Shown here one piece after another: positions 9,358 to 22,900 of a stretch of DNA of 64,000 nt. The first letter of the stretch is position 1, and every line of letters begins with the position of its first letter. Source of the DNA: Euglena gracilis (Eukaryota); assembly GCA_039621445.1 (NCBI GenBank), contig CP154954.1, positions 18,834,642 to 18,898,641 on the forward strand, read 5' to 3'. A model generated the notes under the pieces. That model did not search any database. It was not told where the DNA came from and saw nothing but the letters and a program-made list of their open reading frames with translations. The position numbers were made by a program, and so were the translations under genes.

Positions 9358-11148
9358 TAAGTTGGTAGGATGGTGTTTGTTCAACTTCGTGAACGAATAA
9401 AAGCGACTAATCTCCCCATCCGAACGATTAATCGACTATTTTTTACCTTAGAGTACCACCCCCCCCCCCCCTTTATTGTCCCCCCCCCTTTATTGTCCCT
9501 GGGCCCCGGCCGACGGGGGGTTTTTTTGGCCCGGCCAATGAAATTCCTTTGGTACCCCTTTATTGTCCCCCCCCCTTTATTGTCCGGTCGGGCCTCCCGG
9601 GGGCAGGTCGGTGGGACAATAAAGGGGGGGGGGGTGGTAACGTGAGACTTCTGTGGATGCTTAATCCCTTTATAGGACAACTGGATCCTATTTTAAATCT
9701 CGCGCTGCCGATCTGTCACTAAAGGTCACGTGAACCTCAACGGCATCAACTTTGTTGCAGTTTATGTAAGTTAAATTCAATACATCTGCTTCAGGAATGT
9801 ATTATCGAAGCAGGTGGCCCTCCAAATTATAAGAAAAACCCCAAAATATGTTGAAACCGTGTATTGGGGCTCTGGCTTCACGCCCGAACCGGCGTTCTGG
9901 ACGCCGGTTCGGCGCAGAAATTTCTGCGCCGAACCGGTGTCCAGAACGCCGGTTCGGGCGGGAAAACGGCGTCCTGGGGACCGAAAATGAAAAGTGCCAA
10001 AAAGTGTCCAAAATGGTTTGTAGACATGAGGCAATCATATCTGAGCACTTTTTGGGGGGTATTTGGCCAGAAATTGGGGTATTTTGTGCAACAATTTCCA
10101 TTTGGCCAAATCTGGGGATTTTCTGAAATAGAATACCATGCAGCAGGGCTGAAATCTAAGGCCATCTAAAACCCTTGAGAAGGGTTATCGATCAAGGGGC
10201 AACATGGCAGGTGAACAGTGGATTTTGGAATTTGCGAAAAGGGTCCAAAAATCGTAATTCTGAAAAAACCCAAGGGGTCCAGCTAAAATTTCCTAACCAT
10301 AATTCTGAAAAACCCAGGGGAGGGTCCAACCAATTTTGAAAACACCCAGGGGGGCCAAAATTTCCCAACTGTAATTAACATTTCCCAACAATTTTGAAAA
10401 ATTCCCGGGGGGGTCCAGCCAAAATTTCCCAACCGTACTTCTGAAAAACCCTAGGGGGGGCTCCAGCCAATTTTTTTTTCAACCGTGTTTGTGAAGAAAC
10501 CCAGCCAAAATTTCTGAACCGGAATTCTGAAAAAAGGGGGGATCAAATCCCAACCATAATTCTGGAAAAAAAACCAGCGGGGTCCAACCGAAAATTCGGC
10601 ATTGCAAATCTGAAAAAATCTGGGGGGGGGTCCAGCCAAAATTTCCCAACCGTGATCCTAAAAAACCTAGGGGTGGTCCAACCCAAAAAAAATTCCAAAT
10701 CGTAATTCTGAAAAAAAAATTTTTCGATTGATGGGTAACCTGGCATCAGACGGATGAAAACTTCAATCGGCCGATCGACATGGCCATGAGCCCAAAGGAT
10801 CCCAAAAATGCCCAAAAATGTTCAGAAACTGGGTGTTTAGGGCGAAATTGGCCTTTATTCCTTGAACGCCGGTTCGGGCGTGAAGCCAGAGCCCCTAATC
10901 CACGGTTTCAACAACTGTGTCCAGAACGCCGGTTCGGGCGTGAAGCCGTGTTCCAGAACCGGCGTTCCCGAACCGGCGTTCTGGAACACGGCTTCACGCC
11001 CGAACCGGCGTTCTGGACACAGTTTTCGTATCAGATTTTTTTGTTTTGCGAAAGTAGCAAATCTGTTCACGACAATTCTTTTTTTGCGTGAACGATTAAT
11101 CCTGTTCGGGGGTCCCGAACGAATAATCGACTAGTCGTACCAACCTTA
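9358..11148. mobile_element. hAT-like non-autonomous element related to 5250-7567, with nested insertions
   Basis: Ends taagttggta / taccaacctta and GATTAATC motifs. Contains MITE 9454-9639, palindromic CCGAACCGGCGTTC blocks (9850-9960, 10864-11020) and a degenerate tandem array (10250-10720). Confidence 0.6.
9454..9639. mobile_element. Short MITE
   Basis: taccacccc..ctttattgtcc / ggacaataaagg..ggggtggta inverted termini. Confidence 0.8.
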
Positions 11149-14100
11149 CCCTTAACCCCCCCCCAAATTTAAAACCCTCCCGGTTTCATATTTGGGCGGA
11201 AATTTCAAGACCCCCAGGGGGTTTTATATTTGGGGGGGGGGCAAAGTCACAAATAGGCCCACCTCGGGGGTCCAAAAACTTCACTTTTCGGGCAAAGGAG
11301 CAATTTTCACACGTTTTTTGGTAAAAATTGCTCCCAAATCCGCCAAAAATCACAATTTCAGGAGAGATTTTGTCGCAATTTTTTTCCTTCCGGTGCTTCG
11401 CGCCGGAGGGGGGGTTTTGTATTTGGGGGGGGGATGAAAACCGCAGATTATCACCATCACCCTAGCCCGGTTCCCGGATTTTTTTTTTTCAGTCGCGACT
11501 GGATCCCAAGTTTCCAAATCACCTCCATTTGACCCCCGACTCCCTGCTGGGCCCGAGCCATTCAACCGCGAAGGGGTCCAAAATGGGTGGGATTCGCCAA
11601 CCCCTCCCCCAGTTTCGACTCCTCTGCCATTTCGCCGGGGTGAGATTTTCGGTCAAAAATCGATTTTTGATATTATCTCGAGAGAATGTACATTATCTGG
11701 AAGTGTCTCACTGACCAAATGTACCCCTGGTTGCCCTCTATCACCCCCGTTCGCCTTTTTGACTGCCGACACGTCTAACCCGTGTTCCGGCGCGCTTTTT
11801 TTTTGTGGCCTAAAACGGCCATTTTGGGATGTTTTTTGGGCCATTCTTGGTCAACAAATCGGTCTTTCCAAATTATCTTGACAATGAAGCAAAAATAAAA
11901 AGAAATATCCAGAGACCGGGAGTGAGGCCCCTGGAACGCCCTTTCCATCCATGGACCCCAGAGGGGTGTCATTTGGTATCTCTCTTTTGGGGGGGGGGAA
12001 ATACGGCATGTGCCAAAACCAATACCTTTTAACTTGTGGGCAGAGCGATGGTTTTTTGATCCTCGCCTTTTGCAGATATTGATGGATGTACCTTGACGCA
12101 TGCATTTATCGGGATCCAGCCAAAGACAATACGGCTCATTTCAATGTTCCCTTGGAACCCAACTGGTCAGGCGCTTGGGGACAGGACACACAGTTTGAAA
12201 ACACAAAAAAACACATGCAGATTGTTTCAAGGCAGAAGCACAAAAGCAGAAAAAAGGTAGCGGCAAGCGAACTTTGTGGGCGCAATTGCAGTTTTGGCTG
12301 TTTGTAAATCCATCAGCACAAGACTCCCTTTCTTGGAGTTCCAAAACAATCGAATGTTGGTTTCTCTGTGAGCGTCCCAGCCCAATATTTATAATCTCTC
12401 CACCTTGTGCAATTTGAATAAGAATTGTGGGGGGTGTTTCCCCGGACCCCCTTGCGACCCCACTCTGAACCCAGTTCGGCCTTCCAAATGGTACAGAACA
12501 TTCCACACTGTAGGAATTTGCCACTCAATAAGGAATCAACTACAAAAAATTTGTCGCACGTTCCTTATTGGGCCAATTTTTGGACAAAATGGCATGCAAA
12601 TTCCCAATTGAGATCTAAAGTCAGAGGAAGAAAATGACCTCATGCAATTCGTGCGTGACCTGCCCCCGTGCAACCCCCCCGCGACCCCCCCGTAAACCCA
12701 CCACAAGAATGCTTCTTGTGTGGTCTCCCCCATTTCCCCCATCACCCCTGCTCTGCAGTCGTTCCCAAGAGAGACAGCCACGTGCTTCCCAAGTGATTCC
12801 AGCATTTCCCAAAGGTAGGCGGGCCATAGAGGGCCAGAAAAGCTGCACACACACTGCGCTTGACCAACACCAATCGGCATTAGACCCACCTCATGAAGAT
12901 CTACCAACACACCCATCCTCATTCCCTCCCACCTTCACCCCAACCTTGGTTGAGAAGCACAAACATTTTTCATGCCATCCAACCATGCTTTGACCGAAGA
13001 GGATGTCTTTGCATGCCCTCACCCCCCCCCTCCGCGTCCCCCACCTCATCCAGAGGCAGGGGGAGCGGTAACTGGATCCTCTGGATCATTTTGCCCTGGG
13101 TTGACAGTTCAGGGGGGAATCCGAACTGGATTGCCTAACCTAAACAAATTTTGCAACTGGATCGATTTTAAATTTGCTCTGAAAGTGCATTGGTTATTTT
13201 TGGCATTTTTTTTAAATGAAAAGATTATTTTTGTGCATTTTTTGGCGTGAAGGTGTGTCGGGTGGTACGCAAGGAGACGGTAATGCCTGGAAAAGGATCA
13301 TTTTTTAAAAAACACCCGTTTTTTGCCTTTTTTGAAAAAAGTCCGGTTTTTGTTTTTTAAACAAAAGTATCAGCTCTGGTTGTGGTCCATTTATTTCCAA
13401 TCGATGATTTTTGTGAGTTCAATCTTCTGCCTTTTGGACATTGAGGAGGTAACATTGAGGTTGAGGTTTTCTTGCAAACCTCAACCTCAATCCAGCCCTG
13501 GATGAAGTTCCCATGTTAAAATGGACCCCTAACCTAACCTCGCCATTGGGAAATTCACTTGGATTTTACCCTAACCCAGATGGGGCAAAGGATTATTCCA
13601 GATGGGGTAAAGGATTATTAGGCAACGTTTGGACCCTACACACAAAGTATGAGGTCCCAGAGGCCATCACAGGGTCCTCTTCACCTGTTGCCCTCCACTG
13701 CATATCTCACCCCAACACGTTTTGTGAAGAAAATTCTTGCTATTTCCCCCTGTCAAAGCTTGCATCCATTGCCACGCAGGACATCACCGCCACGCCGGAT
13801 GCAGTATTTCACAGCCTCTTTGGATGGCACAGACGTTATGGTTTTCAATATGTATGTTTCTTTGTCCCCACATGGCCCTGCACAATTGACAATTTGAATG
13901 CAAAAGAAAGTGGCAGTTAAACCACGGTGAACGATTTGGCCTGCACTACATTGAACTTTTTGGTCTTTGACCCTCTACTGCCCAACCACCCCAAAGGAGA
14001 CCTGGGTCTTATCTTTGGGAAACAGGGGGTCCCAGCCTCACCCCCTCATGTCCAAGTCCCCACCGGGGGAAATTATCGTAGCCACTTCCCCACCTCATAC

Positions 14101-17100
14101 GTGCAAATCAGACCACTATCAACAAGCACAACCAAGATCAACAAGAAGGCAATTCAAGACATCCACCCCCCAAAAAGGCACCCTGCCCCCAAACCGACCA
14201 AGCAACCTCCCCCAATTTAGACGATGAAAAGGTTCTTTGAAATATTGTGGAAATTCCCAATTTTTAGGAACAAAAAAATCACACCACATCCCCGATAGTG
14301 TCCCCCCCCCCCGGTAGTGTCTCATAACCCTTTGCCTTTCGCCTCGCTTTCCTGGACCCTGCATCTCCATTTGGATAGACAGCCCCCCCCCCCCCGATAG
14401 TGTCCCATGCCCACCTGTGGTTGAGCCAGGTATGGGACACTATCTGGGGGGACATGGCTTTTTCTCGATGCTTTGTAATTTTTTGAGAAACAAAAAAATC
14501 ATGAGATCTCGATTTACCCATGCCGCAAAGTGCCAAAGTGCATAAAGAAAAGTTCTGTTTTTTTGGAAGGAAAATGATAGCTGTCTGCAGCCTTCAGGTG
14601 TTACCATGCCCCCCCCCCCCCACGAGCTATCCCCTCCCGAGCTAAGGAGGGGGACGGGAATTGCCTTTGGGAAGTGACCGAAATCAGCCCAAAACGAAGT
14701 CAAAAAAAGACAAACTTTTTTTAAAAAATTTTTTTAACAAAAAATGCCATTGAGGCAGAATCCAGAGACCTACACCCGAGCCGATGTCCTGGACACAGTT
14801 TTTGAAACCGTATATTAGGGCTCTGGACTCACGCCTGTCTAGGACGCACGGGATTGTCTTATTTTGTCTGCAGGCTTTTCTGAATGTACCCTGGCCAGGT
14901 CTCCGCCGTTTGCACCAATGCGATGCCCTGCCGAAGATGGAATTTTCTCAAAAGTTGCAAAAAAATCACAAATGAGATAATGTGGTTTCTCTCTTTGAAT
15001 TATGCTGTTTTATGTCACGTTGGTTTGTCACACTCACCCATGGAGCTTGCTCGAGAATGGAGGATGAAAGGAGAATCCATGCTTTTCTGCACTGTCACTG
15101 ACCACCACACCTCTGGAAATTTCAATGAAAAAATCAAATCTGTGGTTTAAAAAAATGCGAAAATTTCAAAAAAAAATGCGAAAAATTCTATGGTTTTTGA
15201 AAAAACCATTTGAAAAGAGGTTTTTTTTCAATTTTTTTTGAAAAAAAACAAAAAAGTGGGAAACTCACAAAAAAAATGCGCAAATTGAAGGGGCCGAAAA
15301 AACTGGGTCTTTTTTTTTGACAAGGTGGTTGTTTTCTATGGTCAATACTTATCTGAAGCAAAGGTTTAAGAAGTGCAGAAGATATCACAATCAAGCACAA
15401 TTCATGCTGGTAGCAAATTCATTTAAGCATTGTTTGGTTAGCACTTTGACTCAAAAAGAAAACTTGCCCGATAAGAATACTGTGTTACACTATTTACACT
15501 ATTTACTGTGTTACACATTTCTTTTTTTCTTTTCAGCCTTAACGCTGACCTTTGTCTTACCCAATGGGCCCTCACCCTAAGCCTTGAGTACCATCCCCCC
15601 CATATAGGACCGGGGGAAAAGGGGGGAGGAACGACCCCTCCCCCTCCCCCCTTGCCCCACGGAGAGGTAGGAGAACCAACGTATTATCACCCTGACCCTG
15701 GATCCATTCCCGGATTTTTTTTTTCAGTCACGAGCGACTGGATCCCGGCTTTCCAAATCACCTCCGCTTGACCCCCAACTCCCTGCCAGGCCCAAGTTAT
15801 TCAGCCGACAAGGGTCCACACTAGGTTGGATTATCCTCCCTCCTCAGTTTCGACTCTGCCATATTGCCCAGGTTTTTCAGCCCAAAAAAATCGATTTTTC
15901 AACATAATCTCGAGAAAATGCAAATTATTTACAAAAGTGTCTGCCAGACTAACTGTGCCTGTGGACATCCTCTATCGCCCCATTCGCCGTTTTGGCCGCC
16001 GACACGCCTGGCCCGTGTTCTGGCTCGGTTTTGTGGCCCAAAATGGCCATTTTTGGTGTTTTTTTTGGGGCTGCTTTTTTTGGGGAAAATTGATTTTTTT
16101 CAAAATATCTCCACAATGAAGCAAAATCAAAGGAAATGTCCAGACCAGAAATGAAGCCCTTCCAGCATTCCAAGGTGATATGGTTTGTTTTTTCCAACTC
16201 TTCCCAAGTTACGGCCAATTTAGCCATTTTTCGGCCAATTTTGGTCCATTTTGGACGACTTTGGGCTGTTTTCGGGGTCAAAAAATTGATGTTTCTAAAA
16301 TATCTTGGAATGATGAATGAAGCATAATCAAAGGAAAATGTACGGCGACCTAAAACAAAGCCCTGCCTAAACGCATTTTAATGTCCCCGCAACTCCACGA
16401 CTAGCCCGAGTTATGGCACTTTAAGGGCATTTCGCTCCAAATCTGTCCTGTTTTGGCCTGTTTTTGGGGCCATTTTGGAGTCAAAAAAAATCAAAAATTT
16501 CAAAATATCTCCGAAATGGTGGCCAATGAAAGGAAATCATTGCGGACCTAAAAAAAATGAAGCCTTATGGACCCTCTATTAAACCCCCCTCCCAAATTAT
16601 AAGCCGTCCCGGTTTATTATTTGGACACTCAAAATCGGGGTTGGGTCCAGGGGGGTTTATTATTTGGGGGGGGGTATTTGAGCAAAACTTTTGAAGTCAA
16701 AAATCGACCCAAAAACCTCCCAGGCTCTGATGGCACCATTTTTGACAATTTCGGGAGTTTTTGAAGAAATGGATACTCTTCTGACATATTTTATGCACCA
16801 ATGATTGCATTTTTAGATTTTTTTGCAACGTTTGTGCAGATTTTTGTCATTTTTTTCTTTGATTTCATAATTGTCGGAGGGGGGGTTTATTATTTGGGCA
16901 CCTGAAGTCGATCCTCAAGGGGGGGTTTATTATTTGGGGGGGGGTATTATTTGGGGGGGTTTATCACTTGGAGGGGGGGTTTACCTCTATAGGCCCCAAG
17001 GGCCAGTTGTGTGCCTGGCCCCAAATACACCCCATAGGGTGCCTGCCCCTAGCAGGCACACCCCCGGGGGGGGGGGTCCGTGGGGGGACCCAGAAAATTT

Positions 17101-17482
17101 GCATTGAAAATGGCCTTTTCCGGGCCCCCAGTGCCTTTGGGGTCGGGGTCGGATGGGGTGCTATGGGGTGCCTGCCCCTAGCCCCCCCCCCCCCCGTGGG
17201 GTAGGCACCTGACTAAGCACAAGCCGGGACCCCCCACCCAGGCGTTCTCGCCATTTTTTTGGCCACTTCGGGGACAAAGAATCGAAAATATGAAAATATC
17301 TGCCAAATGGTGGGGAATGAAAGGAAATCACTGGGGACCTAAAATAAAGCCCCCAGGGGTCCTATCACCTTGCACAGACGTCCAGGGCCAGCTGGTCCTG
17401 TTCCGGACCGGGTCAGGCCGGGCTGGGCCGGGCCAGGCTGGGCTGGGTTGCCTGGCATGAGGCAGGCAAAGAGCTCAGCACC

Positions 17483-17983
17483 AACCCCCCCCCCCAAATA
17501 TAAGAAACCCCTCGCTATAAGAAACCCCCAAATATAAGAAATCCTTTGACCGATTTTCAACCGACACCCAAATTTAAGAAACCCCCAAATATAAGAAACC
17601 CCTGGGCTGTTGGACACTGATCCATATGTAAGAAACCCCTCATCCATTTTCAACACAAGTCACAGCAAGTCTCAACAAAGAAGAAGCCGGTCCAGTCTAT
17701 TGCTTCTTTGCAAAGCAAGAGGTCAGAAACAACTGCTTTTTGGGTGGAGAAGGTGCAACTAGACTCAAAAACTCAGACATGAAGAAAAGCCAACACACAG
17801 CGGTCACATGTAATTTATTACACAAAGGAACCGAATGAAGAAAAAGTTCCATTTATAAGAAACCCTTGGGGCCTGCCTTCGACACCCAAATATAAGAAAC
17901 CCCCAAATATAAGAAACCCTTTGGGCCGATCGGCCGACACCCAAATATATGAAACGGGTTTCTTATATTTGGGGGGGGGGGTT
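17483..17983. mobile_element. MITE with AAATATAAGAAACCC repeats
   Basis: aacccccc..caaatataagaaaccc / gggtttcttatatttgg..ggtta inverted termini. Confidence 0.8.
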
Positions 17984-19903
17984 ACACAAAACCAGGTCTT
18001 ATATGGGGGGGCATGGTAGTTTTTCCCAAAGGGAAGGAAGTCATTGAAAATTCAGATTCTAAATTTTGTAACCCCTATGGTTCCAACGGAAGGAAAATGC
18101 AATGGAAACATTGCAGTTTTCTGACTGCTTTTTGGAAGTGGTTTTGGTCAGTGTGACCCTTAAGGAGGACTGGTGAGCATAAAACAAAATAAATAATTTT
18201 TGATGATTTTATTCAACCACCAGTGGCGGAGGTCTGCTAATTGTACTTTTAGGATATTCACACGGACCCGTGTGCTGTCGTGCTTGCTTTGCCAGGCAAA
18301 AGGTCGATGCCAATTCAAGCTCATCAACGTTGGACACGGCCACTTTTGAGCTCTTCGGACAGGAGGTGTGCTTGGTAACGCGAGACAGGCAATCTGCGCC
18401 GCCATACAGCCACTGTATTTGCTTGGCTCGGCAGGGATTCAGTGAGTGTTAGTTTTGCACAGGGGGGATGGTCCAGACCACCCCCTTCAGGGGGGGGTCT
18501 GGGACCCCCCCAAACCAAAAATTTTCCTATGCCCTTCTTTGGCTTTTTTCGTTCCGGGGAAGATAAAATTTTCGGCACGGCTGCTTTTTCAAAAAGGTGT
18601 GAAAAAAACGCAATTTTGGGGGGTTTTTAAGCCCCCAAAATTTTCTGGCGCTTCGAGACAGAAAATCTTTTTTACAGGAGGAGGGCGGTCCCGACGTCCC
18701 CCCTCCCTCTGATTCCCTGCCCTTGGAGGGCCGGCAGAGCAAAATAAAAGTATTTCCACCTTGTTTGGGTGGGATTTTGTCCTCCAAAGACGCTAGCTCC
18801 CATTTGAACTTTAATGAGCGTGTGGTGGGGTTTGCCGTGGTTGACATTCTGTTCAAGAGGCATCATCTGGGTTGCCGAACCGCCAACCCACCACATGAAA
18901 TGGACCAATTCTTCTCTGTCCTGCAGTTCAAAGTGGAGAACAAGCCCCTTGGCAGCCCGGACAATCAGGGCCATCTATGGGTCCCCCAGAATCCAGTTGG
19001 TTTTGCCGAGCGCATTCTTCAGAGCCATTCCTCAAAAAAATTCATGGAAATCTGCCCAAGGGGTAACTCTGCTCACGCTGTAGATTTTTCAGGACCTGCC
19101 CTTCTCTGTTGGCTGTGTTGGTCTTTCGTCGGATTTTTCCCCCCTTTGTTCTCTCTTCTGAATGGGTGTGGTGGAACTCTTTGGGGGAACTCTTTCCGAC
19201 CCAAGAGCGTGTGCTGTGGAATGTGTGTTGTCAGTCATTGTTGTGGCCTTGCCCCAGGCTGGCATGTGGGGGGCATGGTTGAGTTTTTTTTTTGAGGCAA
19301 ACCTGAAATTTTTTTTGTCCAGAAACCCACAAAATTTCAGATTTTGTGAGGACGATGGAAAATGGGGCTCCCGTGCACACAGTCATTTATTCAGTGGCCG
19401 ACCCCGGGGTCGGCCACTGACTGATTTTCCGGAAAAAAAAGTGAGTGGCTGGTTTTTGGAATAGTGGAAGTGACCCCCCGGGGGGGGGTCAGTAAAAATT
19501 GTGTGGTCCCGTGCCAACCTGCTGGGGGAGATTTTGTTATTTTTTCAAAAGAAACCTGGGCCCCCAACAATTTTGGTCATTTGCCTTTTTTGACCAAAAC
19601 AAAATTTTCCTTGTGATTTGTATTGGCAAATTGGACATTGGTGCCTTTTTTTTTTACACTCAGGTGACTCACAAGCCTCTCTGTTTACTTGCTTACATTG
19701 TTGTCGAGGAAAAACTATCGAAGATGGGAAAGTGAACATATTTGGTTTGTCATAGAAGTACTCCCTCCCTGGCTAACGAAGTTTGTCTCCGTACTAACCT
19801 ATTTTTCCTCGTCGCACTTTTGGGTCACAATCCTTTTCTTTGGCCCTCTTTGGCACACGGTGGCAACTCTGTTCCTGTCTTTTGTGTCACTGTGGTCCAA
19901 TAG

Positions 19904-22900
19904 TAAAGGAGGGGGTGAGGAATTCCAGCCATGCAACGAGGTCCCTGCTAATATCCCAGTGAGCTCCAACCGGAAGGGTATCCCGCTTTTCAAGAAGGTG
20001 CCCTCGCAGCCTTCGGAGCTGGACGTCAATGAGGTGTGCCTCCTGCCCAGCTCAGGGCTTCCACACGTCATGTTTATATATATATATATATACAATAAAT
20101 ATATATACTATATATACACATATATACAGGTTATTGTATACAGGTTATTATTGCATATGTATGTATATGTATGTATATATATATATATATATATACATTC
20201 AGATTTAAAATCAGAAAAAAAATGTGCAAAGCTTTCCCCAATGCGAAGCGCTGGGGAAGAAAAAAATTTGGCTCCAAGGGGGTCCCAGACTCCCCCCCTC
20301 CCCCTAAATAGAAATCAGAAATTGAAACTGAAACACGATTTTTTTGAGTTTTTTTTTGAGCCCAAATTTTTGAGCCAGGTTTTCCTGAACAGGGGAGGGC
20401 CACCTCATTTAGTACCCAGGGGAGGTACCCTGTCCCCATTGTTTTATATCTGTGCCTGTGTGCTCTTGACTGTTCAAGTGAGCTGCATTGACTCAATTTT
20501 CAACTTAGGAGCACCTGGAAGAAATTGCCGCAGATGTGCTGAAGTACCAGCGCTACAGCTTATGTGGGTTTCGCATTGGGAAAAGGCTTGCCACGGGATT
20601 GTTGTGGTCTGGTGTGGTACCCCTGTGCCTCATCTGCCATGTCTTTTTTTCCCCGCATGTTGGTTTGCATATGTCAGTTGTGTTCACAATGTGTTAGATT
20701 TATATTCAACTTCTGTGCACCTGCTAAACACGGCAGGAGGACATTCAAGTTGCAATTTACATTTCTCTTGTATCCTCCAGAAATCTGAAAATGCTTTTTT
20801 TGCATTATACAAATCTTGCATTATAAATATCAGATAATTGGAGGTTGCAGACATAATTTGGGTCCAAATATTTTTTTTAAAAGTTGAATCCTGGGGGGGT
20901 TTGGGTGGGTGGGTTTGCTGGACCCCCCCAGGGGCACCCCCAGGACCTTGTGGGTCCCCCGCCGGAGCAGGGTTTGGGTCATTTTTGGCCTTTTTTTGGC
21001 ATGAAGCGCCAAAAAAAACCTTGACCCCAAAATTGACCCCCAAAAGGTGGGTCCCCGTCCCCCACAGCCCCCCCCAGAGGGTGGTACCCCCCCCGGACCT
21101 ATAAATTCCCAGGTGGACAAATTTTGCATTATTCTTGTTGCTCCATCAACATAAGTGCATGCATGCAACTGGTCAAATCATTCGTGCCATTGTGCAAGTT
21201 TGCACCGCTCTTTCTTTTGGTTAATGGCATTTTTTTGTTGTTTTTTTGACTTTTTGGCTTTTTCGAGAAAAAAAATCGTGCGGGGTGCTGCTTTGACAAT
21301 GGTTTTAATATTTTTAACATAACAAATCCCACCCCACTCATCAACCCCAACTTACCAGGTTTTGAATAGTGCTGAGCTCTTGATGAGCGCGCACCCACCC
21401 CTTCATTGAGAAACGCGCACCCACCCCTTCATTGACCCCCCCATATACACCGGCCCACTCCATGGAGCTCTTTTTACTGAAATGCAAGGGTTTTGTGCCC
21501 GAAACCGGAGACCAGGGGGGAGAAAAACAGTCGTTTTTGGCTCAAATAACACGTTTTCCGGGTCCGGGAGGCCAAAAAACATCGTTTCGGGCAAAAAAAT
21601 TTTTCGATCAAAATACCGGTAGATGGGGCGTTCCAAGGGCTTCAAATTAGGTCTCCGGACATTTCCTTTGATTTGGCTTCATTTTGGAGATATTTTGAAA
21701 TTTGACATTTTTTGGCCGAAATGGCAGAGTCCAAAGGGGGGGGGGCTTATCCAGGGGGGGGGGCGGGCCCATCCTACTCAGTTTGGACCCCTTCGCGCGT
21801 GAATAACTCGGGCCTGGCGGGGAGTTGGGGGTCAACTCCGGGTGATTCGGAAACTAGGAATCCAGTCGCTCGCGACTGAAAAAAAAAATTCCGGGAACGG
21901 GGCCGGGATCATGGTGATAATCCGTCGGTTCTCTGGTGGCCCCGACCCGGGGGGGGGGAGGGGGGGGTCGAGGGGGGGTTTCGCCGGGTGTAAGCTTCGC
22001 TCTTACCCATAAAGGGATAAGAGCTCAGCGATAAACCCCCCACTCAACCCCCCCTCCCCGCGCCGACCAAACAAAGCCCGACTTTTAACCCCCACCCCTG
22101 GGAAAGAAGAATGAAAGACGCTGGGAACAATTTTTGCCGGCTGCGAAACCCAAAAAAACTGATTTTTGGCAATTTTTATGCAAATAACCATGATCAAAAA
22201 TGCCATTTTTGACAGATTTGCCAAACAAAGTCTTCAGGAGCTCCCCAGAATTGTTCACTTTTCTTAACTCTTTTGGGAAAACTTTTCACTATGAAACATA
22301 AACCCCCCCTCCCCACTTACAAACCCCCTGGGGCTCCTTGGATCAGGTTTTGTTGGCCAGCCGAAGGGGGCTAAATAAGTGGGGTAGTCATCAGTTATAA
22401 GTCAAGGAATTGTTGGTCAAAATCCTGCCCACCAAAATGACCTCCTAATCCCCCCGATTTGGCATTCTTTGGAATTACATGCATGCCAACTCACATGCAA
22501 CTTTTTTTTTGCATTTTTTTTGCATTCCTTGCATGCATGTTTTGAGGTGTCTTGTTGCATAATCCCACTCTCTGCTGATGAAGCTATGCCCCATGTGTTC
22601 AGAACAGGCTACAAGTACCCAGCAGGCTCTCTCATCTCACACATCCAGGGAGTTGAAATCCTTACGTTACCAGCCAGAATGTGTGCCCTTTCGAACGTCC
22701 TGATCCTTGGAACCAAGGAACCCACCTCTGGTGACCACTGGTGACCCAGCAAGATGGTTTTTATGTGGAAATAGGAATGCGTAACCCCCCCTCTAAATAC
22801 AACCCCCCCCAGGGTTTCTATTTGGGCGATAAGGCAAGGCCCCCAGGGAGGTTTTTACACAAACATTTGTGTTTTTCGTTGCATTACATTTATTTTTATA

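Larger units (their letters stand above)
8161..17998. mobile_element. ~9.8-kb composite of nested elements with gaccaggttttg..gtgctgagctctt inverted ends
   Basis: The left end (8161-8190) matches a right end split by a MITE (17469-17481 plus 17984-17998). GGCCCAGCCC subterminal repeats are inverted at ~8300-8330 and ~17405-17450. Confidence 0.55.

Noticed and set aside
13525-13580. CCCTAA telomere-like motifs
   Set aside because: Isolated copies within a repeat element, not a tandem array.
13513-13920. 135-aa ORF of ordinary composition
   Set aside because: No recognisable motif, lies inside nested repeats, and lacks the GC3-rich codon style of most exons.
19689-20837. 382-aa ORF, the longest in the track
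   Set aside because: Reads through a (TA)n tract and MITE sequence; only ~19904-20033 looks like an exon.
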